A DNA stretch of 64,000 bases, from NCBI GenBank assembly GCA_002269645.1, contig NIVC01000070.1, forward strand, positions 930,001 to 994,000. The letters are read 5' to 3'. Position numbers and translations under genes: made by a program. The notes below the pieces were generated by a model, which saw nothing but the letters and a program-made list of their open reading frames with translations, had not been told where the DNA came from and did not search any database. Shown one piece after another: positions 1-16,200 of this stretch. This DNA is from Macrostomum lignano. Taxonomy: Eukaryota. Position 1 is the first letter of the stretch. Every line of letters starts with the position of its first letter.

Positions 1-447
1 AGGGGGGAGTGGAGAGGCAGAGTCAAGCACTGAGGGAGTGGAGAGGCAGAGTCAAGCACTGAGGGAGTGGAGAGGCAGAGTCAAGCACTGAGGGGGGAGT
101 GGAGAGGCAGAGTCAAGCACTGAGGGAGTGGAGAGGCAGAGTCAAGCACTGAGGGAGTGGAGAGGCAGAGTCAAGCACTGAGGGAGTGGAGAGGCAGAGT
201 CAAGCACTGAGGGAGTGGAGAGGCAGAGTCAAGCACTGAGGGAGTGGAGAGGCAGAGTCAAGCACTGAGGGGGGAGTGGAGAGGCAGAGTCAAGCACTGA
301 GGGAGTGGAGAGGCAGAGTCAAGCACTGAGGGGGGAGTGGAGAGGCAGAGTCAAGCACTGAGGGAGTGGAGAGGCAGAGTCAAGCACTGAGGGAGTGGAG
401 ACGCAGAGTCAAGCACTGAGGGAGTGGAGACGCAGAGTCAAGCACCC
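1..447 (+). repeat. Minisatellite, 29-bp unit GAGGGAGTGGAGAGGCAGAGTCAAGCACT (32-bp variants with extra GGG), ~15 copies, truncated by window start
   Basis: Direct tandem repetition; shares GAGGGAGT...CAAGCACT with the array at 25667-26168. Confidence 0.95.
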
Positions 448-471
448 AGGAAAGTGGATTTCTATTTCCAG

Positions 472-572
472 ATACAATTGCTCAAGTTTCTAAGAAGGAA
501 TTCGTGTCATATTTGTGTCTAACGCTCCTAATTATCTTGTCTGTCACTCTATATCTTTCATATTTCTCTTGA
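472..572 (+). CDS. Possible terminal exon of an upstream gene (…TIAQVSKKEFVSYLCLTLLIILSVTLYLSYFS*; hydrophobic C-terminal tail)
   Basis: Acceptor tttctatttccag at 459-471 right after the array; open frame to TGA 570-572 encoding a TM/GPI-signal-like stretch. No homology recognised. Confidence 0.25.
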
Positions 573-835
573 TAGAATCTGTCAAGAATTTGGTTGCATT
601 TCTGGTACGTCTCATCGGATCCGAAGGATATGGATTTGTCTTAAGTCGCACGCCAGTTAATCTGGTTAGAATGGCATGGATACACATTCGCACGGTTGCA
701 TACTTCGGCAAAACTACTTTAATGCAACCGAAGCAAGAGCGATTCAGGCGTAAAGGGGTGCGACTAACTCATTCCACTGTAGAATGGTCTTATCGTTTTT
801 GTTAGAATAAATTGTCAAGTTCATTGTTTTCTTGC

Positions 836-1503
836 TATCTCCATATCAGCGTGTGCTACCCTCCATATTAGTGTGTGTGCTACCCTCCATATCAGTGTGT
901 GTGCTACCCTCCATATCAGTGTGCTATCCTCAATATCAGTTTGTGCTACCCTCCATATCAGTATGCTATCCTCAATATCAGTTTGTGCTACCCTCCATAT
1001 CAATGTGTGTGCTACCCTCCATATCAGTGTGTGTGCTACCCTCCATATCAGTGTGTGTGCTACCCTCCATATCAGTGTGTGTGCTACCCTCCATATCAGT
1101 GTGTGTGCTACCCTCCATATCAGTGTGTGCTACCCTCCATATCAGTGTGTGTGCTATACCCTCCGTGTCAGTGTGTGCTACCCTCCATATCAGTGTGTGC
1201 TACCCTCCATTTTAGTGTGTGCTACCCTCCATATCAGTGTGTGCTACCCTCCATTTTAGTGTGTGCTACCCTCCATATCAGTGTGTGTGCTACCCTCCAT
1301 ATCAGTGTGTGTGCTACCCTCCATATCAGTGTGTGCTACCCTCCATATCAGTGTGTGCTACCCTCCATATCAGTATGTGTGCTACCCTCCATATCAGTGT
1401 GTGTGCTATACCCTCCATATCAGTGTGTGTGCTATACCCTCCATATCAGTGTGTGCTACCCTCCATATCAGTGTGTGTGCTACCCTCCATATCAGTGTGT
1501 GTG
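836..1503 (+). repeat. Minisatellite, 20-24-bp unit GT(GT)nGCTACCCTCCATATCA
   Basis: Direct tandem repetition; the overlapping ORFs only translate the repeat. Confidence 0.95.
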
Positions 1504-2311
1504 CTGCGAACCATATATCAGAAAAGCTTTGAGCTTTCACGTTAAGCATCTGAATTTGTCAAGGTGTGTAGCGTAGCAAAAAATATCCCAAAAAATTCAC
1601 GCGCTTGTCGGGTGTCTGGTAAAAATGACAAATTCTCCCTCTGAATATTTCAATCAAACGCTGCAATTTTTGTATTATGGTGCAGTCTTCATTTATTATT
1701 AATAGTTTATATTTCATCATGTTTCCTATTGATGGGCGACATATCATGTTGAGCTGCATGCAATAGCATCACGGAAACCGGAGTAGGATGCTACATTCCT
1801 ACAATTTACCTTTCTTAGAAATGATTGATTCATAATATTTTGATGCTGCACCTACCGATTAAAAACTGTCAGCTCATTAAATTTTATAAAGTGAGATCTG
1901 ACGGCACGCCAGCTTCGTGCCATTCTTTGGCCAAACTGATCTGCGGTAAACTTTAAGCTGACCTGACTGCTTGATTGAGACTGATAGATGAATATGAAAT
2001 CAACTTCATTGATTCCTGCTCTCCTTGCAGTCTTTCCTTTAATTTCCTTTCTAATCGGCCCGTCTCTCACAACAGTGATTGGATTCTTTTAAGTAGGCTC
2101 CCCCTCACCTTACTGACACTTAATCCGATTCAAATGAGCCTTCAGAGTCGCGGCTCGCCCACGCTGCCTTTGTCGACCAACACTCTTTGGGTGGCAACAA
2201 TAAGAGCAGGTGCGGCCTTGATGACAAGCCTTGAACGGGACGCCACAATCAATCGGCTTGCTGAGGAACTATTTTATTAATCAGGAAAAGTACAACTCGA
2301 CCGGTTAAGCT

Positions 2312-3683
2312 AATCTCCAATCTTGCATTGCGCTACTCTCCAATCTTACATTTCGATAATCTCCAATCTTACATTGCGCTACTCTCCAATCTTACATTTC
2401 GATAATCTCCAATCTTACATTGCGCTACTCTCCAATCTTACATTGCGATAATCTCCAATCTTACATTGCGATAATCTCCAATCTTGCATTGCGATAATAT
2501 CCAATCTTGCATTGCGATAATATCCAATCTTGCATTGCGCTGATCTCCAATCTTGCATTGCGCTGATCTTCAACCTTGAATTGCGATGAACTCCAATCAT
2601 GCATTGCGCTGATCTCCAATCTTGCATTGCGATAATCTCCTATCTTGCATTGCGCTGATCTCCAACCTTGCATTGCGATGATCTCCAATCTTGCATTGCG
2701 CTGATCTCCAATCTTGCATTGCGCTGATCTCCAATCTTGCATTGCGATAATATCCAACCTTGCATTGCGATAATATCCAATCTTGCATTGCGCTGATCTC
2801 CAATCTTGCATTGCGATAATCTCCAATCTTGCATTGCGATAATATCCAACCTTGCATTGCGATAATATCCAATCTTGCATTGCGATGATCTCCAATCTTG
2901 CATTGCGCTGATCTCCAATCTTGCATTGCGCTGATCTCCAATCTTGCATTGCGCTGATCTCCAATCTTGCATTGCGATGATCTCCAATCTTGCATTGCGC
3001 TAATCTCCAATCTTGCATTGCGCTGATCTCCAATCTTGCATTGCGCTGATCTCCAATCTTGCATTGCGATGATCTCCAACCTTGCATTGCGATTATCTCC
3101 AATCTTGCATTGCGCTGATCTCCAATCTTGCATTGCGATGATCTCCAATCTTGCATTGCGCTAATCTCCAATCTTGCATTGCGCTAATCTCCAATCTTGC
3201 TACACATTGCGCTGATCTCCAATCTTGCATTGCGCTGATCTCCAATCTTGCATTGCGATGATCTCCAACCTTGCATTGCGATTATCTCCAATCTTGCATT
3301 GCGCTGATCTCCAATCTTGCATTGCGCTGATCTCCAATCTTGCATTGCGCTAATCTCCAATCTTGCATTGCGCTAATCTCCAATCTTGCTACACATTGCG
3401 CTGATCTCCAATCTTGCATTGCGCTAATCTCCAATCTTGCTACACATTGCGCTAATCTCCAATCTTGCTACACATTGCGCTAATCTCCAATCTTGCATTG
3501 CGCTAATCTCCAATCTTGCTACACATTGCGCTAATCTCCAATCTTGCTACACATTGCGCTGATCTCCAATCTTGCATTGCGCTAATCTCCAATCTTGCAT
3601 TGCGCTAATCTCCAATCTTGCTACGCATTGCGCTAATCTCCAATCTTGCATTGCGCTAATCTCCAATCTTGCATTGCGCTTAT
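2312..3683 (+). repeat. Minisatellite, 23-bp unit ATCTCCAATCTTGCATTGCG(CTG/ATA), with 28-bp CTACA-insertion variants at the 3' end
   Basis: Direct tandem repetition, period 23 (e.g. 2471 to 2494). Confidence 0.95.
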
Positions 3684-4279
3684 CTCCAAGCTTGCTACGC
3701 ATTGCGCTACGCAGTCTCCAGTTTGCACCGCACCAGCGACAGCTCGAATCGATTTGCCGGCTTTCAGCCTGCCAACAGTGCGCCATCTCTAAGAGTCTGC
3801 TGTGATCTGGCGCAACCATTTTCAGGGCATAAGACAGAAAAAAATTGAGTACAAGCTTTTGAATCCAATGTTTACCGGGCATAAACCTTCCGCCATCCCC
3901 ACCAAACACTACTGCACTATCGCGCAAGTTGCGTTATTTGGGTCGTTCGCAGTTGCCAGCAGTGTTCACCCGGTGAATCAGCATGACTAAGCCAAAGATG
4001 CAAAATCGACTGAAAATCTGAGAAAATTCACGATTGTATTTTTAGCAGCCTAAAAATAACGATTTCAAAGCGGGGAATAATTTGCATAGGGCGTGGGACA
4101 ATGACTGTCAGCGTCCCTTGTCAGATTGTGTATCAGCTGTCTTTAGCTTGTCTCAAAATAGAAAACGATTCAATGGCAACGCAAATAAAAAGGATTCGTC
4201 TTTGAATATAACACCTGTTTACACAGCGCATTTCGTGCACATTTTTTATGATTTGGGACTTTCTTCAAATGCAATGTGG

Positions 4280-7200
4280 AACACACGACACTGCAGGACA
4301 CACGGCACTGCAGGACACACGACACTGCAGGACACATCGCACTGCAGGACACACGGCACTGCAGGACACATCGCACTGCAGGACACACGGCACACACGGC
4401 ACTGCAAAACACATCGCACTGCAGGACACACGGCACTGCAGGAGACACGGCACTGCAGGACACACGACACTGCAGGACACAGGGCACTGCAGGACACAGG
4501 GCACTGCAGGACACAGGGCACTGCAGGACACACGACACTGCAGGACACATCGCACTGCAGGACACACGGCACTGCAGGACACATCGCACTGCAGGACACA
4601 CGGCACACACGGCACTGCAAGACACACGGCACTGCAGGACACACGGCACTGCAGGACACACGACACTGCAGGACACACGACACTGCAGGACACACGGCAC
4701 TGCAGGACACACGGCACTGCAGGACACATCGCACTGCAGGACACACGGCACACACGGCACTGCAAGACACCCGGCACTGCAGGACACACGGCACTGCAGG
4801 ACACACGGCACTGCAGGAGACACGGCACTGCAGGACACACGACACTGCAGGACACACGACACTGCAGGACACACGACACTGCAGGACACACGACACTGCA
4901 GGACACACGGCACTGCAGGAGACACGGCACTGCAGGAGACACGGCACTGCAGGACACACGACACTGCAGGACACACGACACTGCAGGACACACGACACTG
5001 CAGGACACACGACACTGCAGGACACACGGCACTGCAGGAGACACGGCACTGCAGGACACACGACACTGCAGGACACACGGCACACACGGCACTGCAGGAC
5101 ACACGGCACTGCAGGACACACGGCACTGCAGGACACACGGCACTGCAGGACACACGGCAATGCAGGACACATCGCACTGCAGGGACACACGGCACACACG
5201 GCACTGCAGGACACACGGCACTGCAGGACACACGACACTGCAGGACACACGGCACTGCAGGACACATCGCACTGCAGGACACACGGCACACACGGCACTG
5301 CAAGACACATCGCACTGCAGGACACACGGCACTGCAGGAGACACGGCACTGCAGGACACACGACACTGCAGGACACAGGGCACTGCAGGACACAGGGCAC
5401 TGCAGGACACAGGGCACTGCAGGACACACGACACTGCAGGACACATCGCACTGCAGGAAACACGGCACTGCAGGACACATCGCACTGCAGGACACACGGC
5501 ACACACGGCACTGCAAGACACACGGCACTGCAGGACACACGGCACTGCAGGACACACGACACTGCAGGACACACGGCACTGCAGGACACACGGCACTGCA
5601 GGACACACGACACTGCAGGACACACGGCACTGCAGGACACAGGGCACTGCAGGACACATCGCACTGCAGGACACACGGCACTGCAGGACACATCGCAGTG
5701 CAGGACACACGGCACACACGGCACTGCAGGACACACGGCACTGCAGGACACACGGCACTGCAGGACACATCGCAGTGCAGGACACACGGCACTGCAGGAC
5801 ACACGACACTGCAGGACACACGACACTGCAGGACACACGGCACTGCAGGACACAGGGCACTGCAGGACACACGACACTGTAGGACACACGGCACTGCAGG
5901 ACACATCGCACTGCAGGACACACGGCACTGCAGGACACATCGCAGTGCAGGACACACGGCACACACGGCACTGCAGGACACACGGCACTGCAGGACACAC
6001 GACACTGCAGGACACACGGCACTGCAGGACACAGGGCACTGCAGGACACATCGCACTGCAGGACACACGGCACTGCAGGACACATCGCAGTGCAGGACAC
6101 ACGGCACACACGGCACTGCAGGACACACGACACTGCAGGACACACGGCACTGCAGGACACACGGCACACACGGCACTGCAGGACACACGGCACACACGGC
6201 ACTGCAGGACACACGACACTGCAGGACACACGGCACTGCAGGACACACGACACTGCAGGACACACGGCACTGCAGGACACACGACACTGCAGGACACACG
6301 ACACTGCAGGACACACAGCACTGCAGGACACACGGCACTGCAGGACACACGGCACTGCAGGACACACGGCACTGCAGGACACACGGCACTGCAGGGACAC
6401 ACGGCACACACGGCACTGCAGGACACACGGCACTGCAGGACACACGACACTGCAGGACACACGACACTGCAGGACACACGACACTGCAGGACACACGACA
6501 CTGCAGGACACACGGCACTGCAGGGACACACGGCACACACGGCACTGCAGGACACATCGCACTGCAGGACACACGACACTGCAGGACACACGGCACTGCA
6601 GGAGACACGACACTGCAGGACACACGACACTGCAGGACACACGGCACTGCAGGACACAGGGCACTGCAGGAGACATCGCAGTGCAGGACACACGGCACAC
6701 ACGGCACTGCAGGACACACGGCACTGCAGGACACATCGCACTGCAGGACACGACACTGCAGGACACACGGCACTGCAGGACACAGGGCACTGCAGGACAC
6801 ATCGCACTGCAGGACACACGGCACTGCAGGACACACGGCACTGCAGGACACACGGCACTGCAGGACACACGGCACTGCAGGACACACGGCACTGCAGGAG
6901 ACATTGCAGTGCAGGACACACGGCACTGCAGGACACACGGCACTGCAGGACACACGGCACTGCAGGACACACGGCACTGCAGGACACACGGCACACACGG
7001 CACTGCAGGACACATGGCACACACGGCACTGCAGGACACACGGCACATACGGCACTGCAGGACACACGGCACTGCAGGACACACGGCACACACGGCACTG
7101 CAGGACACACGGCACTGCAGGACACACGGCACACACGGCACTGCAAAACACATCGCACTGCAGGACACACGGCACTGCAGGAGACACGGCACTGCAGGAC

Positions 7201-10200
7201 ACACGACACTGCAGGACACAGGGCACTGCAGGACACAGGGCACTGCAGGACACAGGGCACTGCAGGACACACGACACTGCAGGACACATCGCACTGCAGG
7301 GCACACGGCACTGCAGGACACATCGCACTGCAGGACACACGGCACACACGGCACTGCAAGACACACGGCACTGCAGGACACACGGCACTGCAGGACACAC
7401 GACACTGCAGGACACACGACACTGCAGGACACACGGCAATGCAGGACACATCGCACTGCAGGGACACACGGCACACACGGCACTGCAGGACACACGGCAC
7501 TGCAGGACACACGACACTGCAGGACACACGGCACTGCAGGACACATCGCACTGCAGGACACACGGCACACACGGCACTGCAAGACACATCGCACTGCAGG
7601 ACACACGGCACTGCAGGAGACACGGCACTGCAGGACACACGACACTGCAGGACACAGGGCACTGCAGGACACAGGGCACTGCAGGACACAGGGCACTGCA
7701 GGACACACGACACTGCAGGACACATCGCACTGCAGGAAACACGGCACTGCAGGACACATCGCACTGCAGGACACACGGCACACACGGCACTGCAAGACAC
7801 ACGGCACTGCAGGACACACGGCAATGCAGGACACACGACACTGCAGGACACACGGCACTGCAGGACACACGGCACTGCAGGACACACGACACTGCAGGAC
7901 ACACGGCACTGCAGGACACAGGGCACTGCAGGACACATCGCACTGCAGGACACACGGCACTGCAGGACACATCGCAGTGCAGGACACACGGCACACACGG
8001 CACTGCAGGACACACGGCACTGCAGGACACACGGCACTGCAGGACACATCGCAGTGCAGGACACACGGCACTGCAGGACACACGACACTGCAGGACACAC
8101 GACACTGCAGGACACACGGCACTGCAGGACACAGGGCACTGCAGGACACACGACACTGTAGGACACACGGCACTGCAGGACACATCGCACTGCAGGACAC
8201 ACGGCACTGCAGGACACATCGCAGTGCAGGACACACGGCACACACGGCACTGCAGGACACACGGCACTGCAGGACACACGACACTGCAGGACACACGGCA
8301 CTGCAGGACACAGGGCACTGCAGGACACATCGCACTGCAGGACACACGACACTGCAGGACACATCGCAGTGCAGGACACACGGCACACACGGCACTGCAG
8401 GACACACGACACTGCAGGACACACGACACTGCAGGACACACGGCACTGCAGGACACACGGCACTGCAGGACACACGGCACACACGGCACTGCAGGACACA
8501 CGGCACACACGGCACTGCAGGACACACGACACTGCAGGACACACGGCACTGCAGGACACACGACACTGCAGGACACACGGCACTGCAGGACACACGACAC
8601 TGCAGGACACACGACACTGCAGGACACACGGCACTGCAGGACACACGGCACTGCAGGACACACGGCACTGCAGGACACACGGCACTGCAGGACACACGGC
8701 ACTGCAGGGACACACGGCACACACGGCACTGCAGGACACACGGCACTGCAGGACACACGACACTGCAGGGCACACGACACTGCAGGACACACGACACTGC
8801 AGGACACACGACACTGCAGGACACACGGCACTGCAGGGACACACGGCACACACGGCACTGCAGGACACATCGCACTGCAGGACACACGACACTGCAGGAC
8901 ACACGGCACTGCAGGAGACACGACACTGCAGGACACACGACACTGCAGGACACACGGCACTGCAGGACACAGGGCACTGCAGGAGACATCGCAGTGCAGG
9001 ACACACGGCACACACGGCACTGCAGGACACACGCCACTGCAGGACACATCGCACTGCAGGACACGACACTGCAGGACACACGGCACTGCAGGACACAGGG
9101 CACTGCAGGACACATCGCACTGCAGGACACACGGCACTGCAGGACACACGGCACTGCAGGACACACGGCACTGCAGGACACACGGCACTGCAGGAGACAC
9201 GGCACTGCAGGAGACATTGCAGTGCAGGACACACGGCACTGCAGGACACACGGCACTGCAGGACACACGGCACTGCAGGACACACGGCACTGCAGGACAC
9301 ACGGCACACACGGCACTGCAGGACACATGGCACACACGGCACTGCAGGACACACGGCACATACGGCACTGCAGGACACACGGCACTGCAGGACACACGGC
9401 ACACACGGCACTGCAGGACACACGGCACTGCAGGACACACGGCACACACGGCACTGCAGGACACACGGCACTGCAGGACACACGGCACTGCAGGACACAC
9501 GGCACTGCAGGACACACGGCACACACGGCACTGCAGGACACACGGCACACACGGCACTGCAGGACACACGGCACACACGGCACTGCAGGACACATGGCAC
9601 ACACGGCACTGCAGGACACACGGCACACACGGCACTGCAGGACACACGGCACTGCAGGACACACGGCACACACGGCACTGCAGGACACACGGCACTGCAG
9701 GACACACGGCACTGCAGGAGACACGGCACTGCAGGAGACACGGCACTGCAGGACACACGACACTGCAGGACACACGACACTGCAGGACACACGGCACTGC
9801 AGGACACACGGCACACACGGCACTGCAGGACACACGGCACACACGGCACTGCAGGACACACGGCACACACGGCACTGCAGGACACACGGCACTGCAGAAC
9901 ACACGGCACTGCAGGACACACGGCACACACGGCACTGCAGGACACACGGCACTGCAGGACACACGGCACTGCAGGACACACGGCACTGCAGGACACACGG
10001 CACTGCAGGACACACGGCACTGCAGGACACACGGCACTGCAGGACACACGGCACTGCAGGACACACGGCACTGCAGGACACACGGCACACACGGCACTGC
10101 AGGACATACGGCACACACGGCACTGCAGGACACACGGCACACACGGCACTGCAGGACACACGGCACACACGGCACTGCAGGACACACGGCACACACGGCA

Positions 10201-13200
10201 CTGCAGGACACACGGCACTGCAGGACACACGGCACACACGGCACTGCAGGACACACGGCACACACGGCACTGCAGGACACACGGCACTGCAGGACACACG
10301 GCACTGCAGGACACACGGCACTGCAGGAGACACGGCACTGCAGGACACACGGCACTGCAGGACACACGACACTGCAGGACACAGGGCACTGCAGGTCACA
10401 TCGCACTGCAGGACACACGGCACTGCAGGACACACGGCACTGCAGGACACACGGCACTGCAGGACACACGGCACTGCAGGACACACGGCACTTCAGGACA
10501 CACGACACTGCAGGACACACGATACTGCAGGACACACGGCACTGCAGGACACACGGCACTGCAGGACACACGGCACACACGGCACTGCAGGACACACGGC
10601 ACACACGGCACTGCAGGACACACGGCACACACGGCACTGCAAGACACATGGCACACACGGCACTGCAGGACACACGGCACACACGGCACTGCAAGACACA
10701 TGGCACACACGGCACTGCAGGACACACGGCACTGCAGGACACACGGAACTGCAGGAGACACGGCACTGCAGGAGACACGGCACTGCAGGACACACGGCAC
10801 TGCAGGACACACGACACTGCAGGACACACGGCACTGCAGGACACACGGCACTGCAGGACACACGGCACTGCAGGACACACGGCACTTCAGGAGACACGGC
10901 ACTGCAGGACACACGACACTGCAGGACACACGGCACTTCAGGACACACGGCACTGCAGGACACACGGCACTTCAGGAGACACGGCACTGCAGGACACACG
11001 ACACTGCAGGACACACGACACTGCAGGACACACGGCACTGCAGGAGACACGGCACTGCAGGAAACTCGGCACACACGGCACTGCAGGACACACGGCACTG
11101 CAGGACACACGGCACTGCAGGACACACGGCACTGCAGGACACACGGCACTGCAGGACACACGGCACACACGGCACTGCAGGACACACGGCACACACGGCA
11201 CTGCAGGAGACACGGCACTGCAGGAGACATTGCAGTGCAGGACACACGGCACTGCAGGACACACGGCACTGCAGGACACACGGCACTGCAGGACACACGG
11301 CACTGCAGGACACACGGCACACACGGCACTGCAGGACACATGGCACACACGGCACTGCAGGACACACGGCACATACGGCACTGCAGGACACACGGCACTG
11401 CAGGACACACGGCACACACGGCACTGCAGGACACACGGCACTGCAGGACACACGGCACACACGGCACTGCAGGACACACGGCACTGCAGGACACACGGCA
11501 CTGCAGGACACACGGCACTGCAGGACACACGGCACACACGGCACTGCAGGACACACGGCACACACGGCACTGCAGGACACACGGCACACACGGCACTGCA
11601 GGACACATGGCACACACGGCACTGCAGGACACACGGCACACACGGCACTGCAGGACACACGGCACTGCAGGACACACGGCACACACGGCACTGCAGGACA
11701 CACGGCACTGCAGGACACACGGCACTGCAGGAGACACGGCACTGCAGGAGACACGGCACTGCAGGACACACGACACTGCAGGACACACGACACTGCAGGA
11801 CACACGGCACTGCAGGACACACGGCACACACGGCACTGCAGGACACACGGCACACACGGCACTGCAGGACACACGGCACACACGGCACTGCAGGACACAC
11901 GGCACTGCAGGACACACGGCACTGCAGGACACACGGCACACACGGCACTGCAGGACACACGGCACTGCAGGACACACGGCACTGCAGGACACACGGCACT
12001 GCAGGACACACGGCACTGCAGGACACACGGCACTGCAGGACACACGGCACTGCAGGACACACGGCACACACGGCACTGCAGGACATACGGCACACACGGC
12101 ACTGCAGGACACACGGCACACACGGCACTGCAGGACACACGGCACACACGGCACTGCAGGACACACGGCACACACGGCACTGCAGGACACACGGCACTGC
12201 AGGACACACGGCACACACGGCACTGCAGGACACACGGCACTGCAGGACACACGGCACTGCAGGACACACGGCACTGCAGGAGACACGGCACTGCAGGACA
12301 CACGGCACTGCAGGACACACGACACTGCAGGACACAGGGCACTGCAGGTCACATCGCACTGCAGGACACACGGCACTGCAGGACACACGGCACTGCAGGA
12401 CACACGGCACTGCAGGACACACGGCACTGCAGGACACACGGCACTTCAGGACACACGACACTGCAGGACACACGATACTGCAGGACACACGGCACTGCAG
12501 GACACACGGCACTGCAGGACACACGGCACACACGGCACTGCAGGACACACGGCACACACGGCACTGCAGGACACACGGCACACACGGCACTGCAAGACAC
12601 ATGGCACACACGGCACTGCAGGACACACGGCACACACGGCACTGCAAGACACATGGCACACACGGCACTGCAGGACACACGGCACTGCAGGACACACGGA
12701 ACTGCAGGAGACACGGCACTGCAGGAGACACGGCACTGCAGGACACACGGCACTGCAGGACACACGACACTGCAGGACACACGGCACTGCAGGACACACG
12801 GCACTGCAGGACACACGGCACTGCAGGACACACGGCACTTCAGGAGACACGGCACTGCAGGACACACGACACTGCAGGACACACGGCACTTCAGGACACA
12901 CGGCACTGCAGGACACACGGCACTTCAGGAGACACGGCACTGCAGGACACACGGCACTTCAGGAGACACGGCACTGCAGGACACACGACACTGCAGGACA
13001 CACGATACTGCAGGACACACGGCACTGCAGGACACACGGCACTGCAGGACACACGGCACACACGGCACTGCAGGACACACGGCACACACGGCACTGCAGG
13101 ACACACGGCACACACGGCACTGCAAGACACATGGCACACACGGCACTGCAGGACACACGGCACACACGGCACTGCAAGACACATGGCACACACGGCACTG

Positions 13201-16200
13201 CAGGACACACGGCACTGCAGGACACACGGAACTGCAGGAGACACGGCACTGCAGGAGACACGGCACTGCAGGACACACGGCACTGCAGGACACACGACAC
13301 TGCAGGACACACGGCACTGCAGGACACACGGCACTGCAGGACACACGGCACTGCAGGACACACGGCACTTCAGGAGACACGGCACTGCAGGACACACGAC
13401 ACTGCAGGACACACGGCACTTCAGGACACACGGCACTGCAGGACACACGGCACTTCAGGAGACACGGCACTGCAGGACACACGGCACTTCAGGAGACACG
13501 GCACTGCAGGACACACGACACTGCAGGACACACGACACTGCAGGACACACGGCACTGCAGGAGACACGGCACTGCAGGACACACGGCACTGCAGGACACA
13601 CGACACTGCAGGACACACGGCACATACGGCACTGCAGGACACACGGCACTGCAGGACACACGGCACACACGGCACTGCAGGACACACGGCACTGCAGGAC
13701 ACACGGCACTGCAGGACACACGGCACACACGGCACTGCAGGACACACGGCACACACGGCACTGCAGGACACACGGCACACACGGCACTGCAGGACACACG
13801 GCACACACGGCACTGCAGGACACACGGCACACACGGCACTGCAGGACACACGGCACTGCAGGACACACGGCACACACGGCACTGCAGGACACACGGCACT
13901 GCAGGACACACGGCACTGCAGGACACACGGCACACACGGCACTGCAGGACACACGGCACACACGGCACTGCAGGACACACGGCACTGCAGGACACACGGC
14001 ACTGCAGGACACACGGCACACACGGCACTGCAGGACACACGGCACACACGGCACTGCAGGACACACGGCACTGCAGGACACACGGCACACACGGCACTGC
14101 AGGACACACGGCACTGCAGGACACACGGCACTGCAGGACACACGGCACTGCAGGAGACACGGCACTGCAGGACACACGGCACTGCAGGACACACGACACT
14201 GCAGGACACAGGGCACTGCAGGTCACATCGCACTGCAGGACACACGGCACTGCAGGACACACGGCACTGCAGGACACACGGCACTGCAGGACACACGGCA
14301 CTGCAGGACACACGGCACTTCAGGACACACGACACTGCAGGACACACGATACTGCAGGACACACGGCACTGCAGGACACACGGCACTGCAGGACACACGG
14401 CACACACGGCACTGCAGGACACACGGCACACACGGCACTGCAGGACACACGGCACACACGGCACTGCAAGACACATGGCACACACGGCACTGCAGGACAC
14501 ACGGCACACACGGCACTGCAAGACACATGGCACACACGGCACTGCAGGACACACGGCACTGCAGGACACACGGAACTGCAGGAGACACGGCACTGCAGGA
14601 GACACGGCACTGCAGGACACACGGCACTGCAGGACACACGACACTGCAGGACACACGGCACTGCAGGACACACGGCACTGCAGGACACACGGCACTGCAG
14701 GACACACGGCACTTCAGGAGACACGGCACTGCAGGACACACGACACTGCAGGACACACGGCACTTCAGGACACACGGCACTGCAGGACACACGGCACTTC
14801 AGGAGACACGGCACTGCAGGACACACGACACTGCAGGACACACGACACTGCAGGACACACGGCACTGCAGGAGACACGGCACTGCAGGACACACGGCACA
14901 CACGGCACTGCAGGACACACGGCACTGCAGGACACACGGCACTGCAGGACACACGGCACTGCAGGACACACGGCACACACGGCACTGCAGGACACACGGC
15001 ACACACGGCACTGCAGGAGACACGGCACTGCAGGAGACATTGCAGTGCAGGACACACGGCACTGCAGGACACACGGCACTGCAGGACACACGGCACTGCA
15101 GGACACACGGCACTGCAGGACACACGGCACACACGGCACTGCAGGACACATGGCACACACGGCACTGCAGGACACACGGCACATACGGCACTGCAGGACA
15201 CACGGCACTGCAGGACACACGGCACACACGGCACTGCAGGACACACGGCACTGCAGGACACACGGCACACACGGCACTGCAGGACACACGGCACTGCAGG
15301 ACACACGGCACTGCAGGACACACGGCACTGCAGGACACACGGCACTGCAGGACACACGGCACTGCAGGACACACGGCACACACGGCACTGCAGGACACAC
15401 GGCACACACGGCACTGCAGGACACACGGCACACACGGCACTGCAGGACACATGGCACACACGGCACTGCAGGACACACGGCACACACGGCACTGCAGGAC
15501 ACACGGCACTGCAGGACACACGGCACACACGGCACTGCAGGACACACGGCACTGCAGGACACACGGCACTGCAGGAGACACGGCACTGCAGGAGACACGG
15601 CACTGCAGGACACACGACACTGCAGGACACACGACACTGCAGGACACACGGCACTGCAGGAAACACGGCACACACGGCACTGCAGGACACACGGCACACA
15701 CGGCACTGCAGGACACACGGCACACACGGCACTGCAGGACACACGGCACTGCAGGACACACGGCACTGCAGGACACACGGCACACACGGCACTGCAGGAC
15801 ACACGGCACTGCAGGACACACGGCACTGCAGGACACACGGCACTGCAGGACACACGGCACTGCAGGACACACGGCACTGCAGGACACACGGCACTGCAGG
15901 ACACACGGCACTGCAGGACACACGGCACACACGGCACTGCAGGACATACGGCACACACGGCACTGCAGGACACACGGCACACACGGCACTGCAGGACATA
16001 CGGCACACACGGCACTGCAGGACACACGGCACACACGGCACTGCAGGACACACGGCACTGCAGGACACACGGCACACACGGCACTGCAGGACACACGGCA
16101 CTGCAGGACACACGGCACTGCAGGACACACGGCACTGCAGGAGACACGGCACTGCAGGACACACGGCACTGCAGGACACACGACACTGCAGGACACAGGG

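Noticed and set aside
515-4000. Short ORFs at 515-805, 1975-2280, 3547-3927, 3802-3990 and a possible Cys-rich spliced peptide on the - strand
   Set aside because: No recognisable domain and no consistent start/splice chain; motifs such as CACTG(C/T)TGGCA look like DNA-level elements
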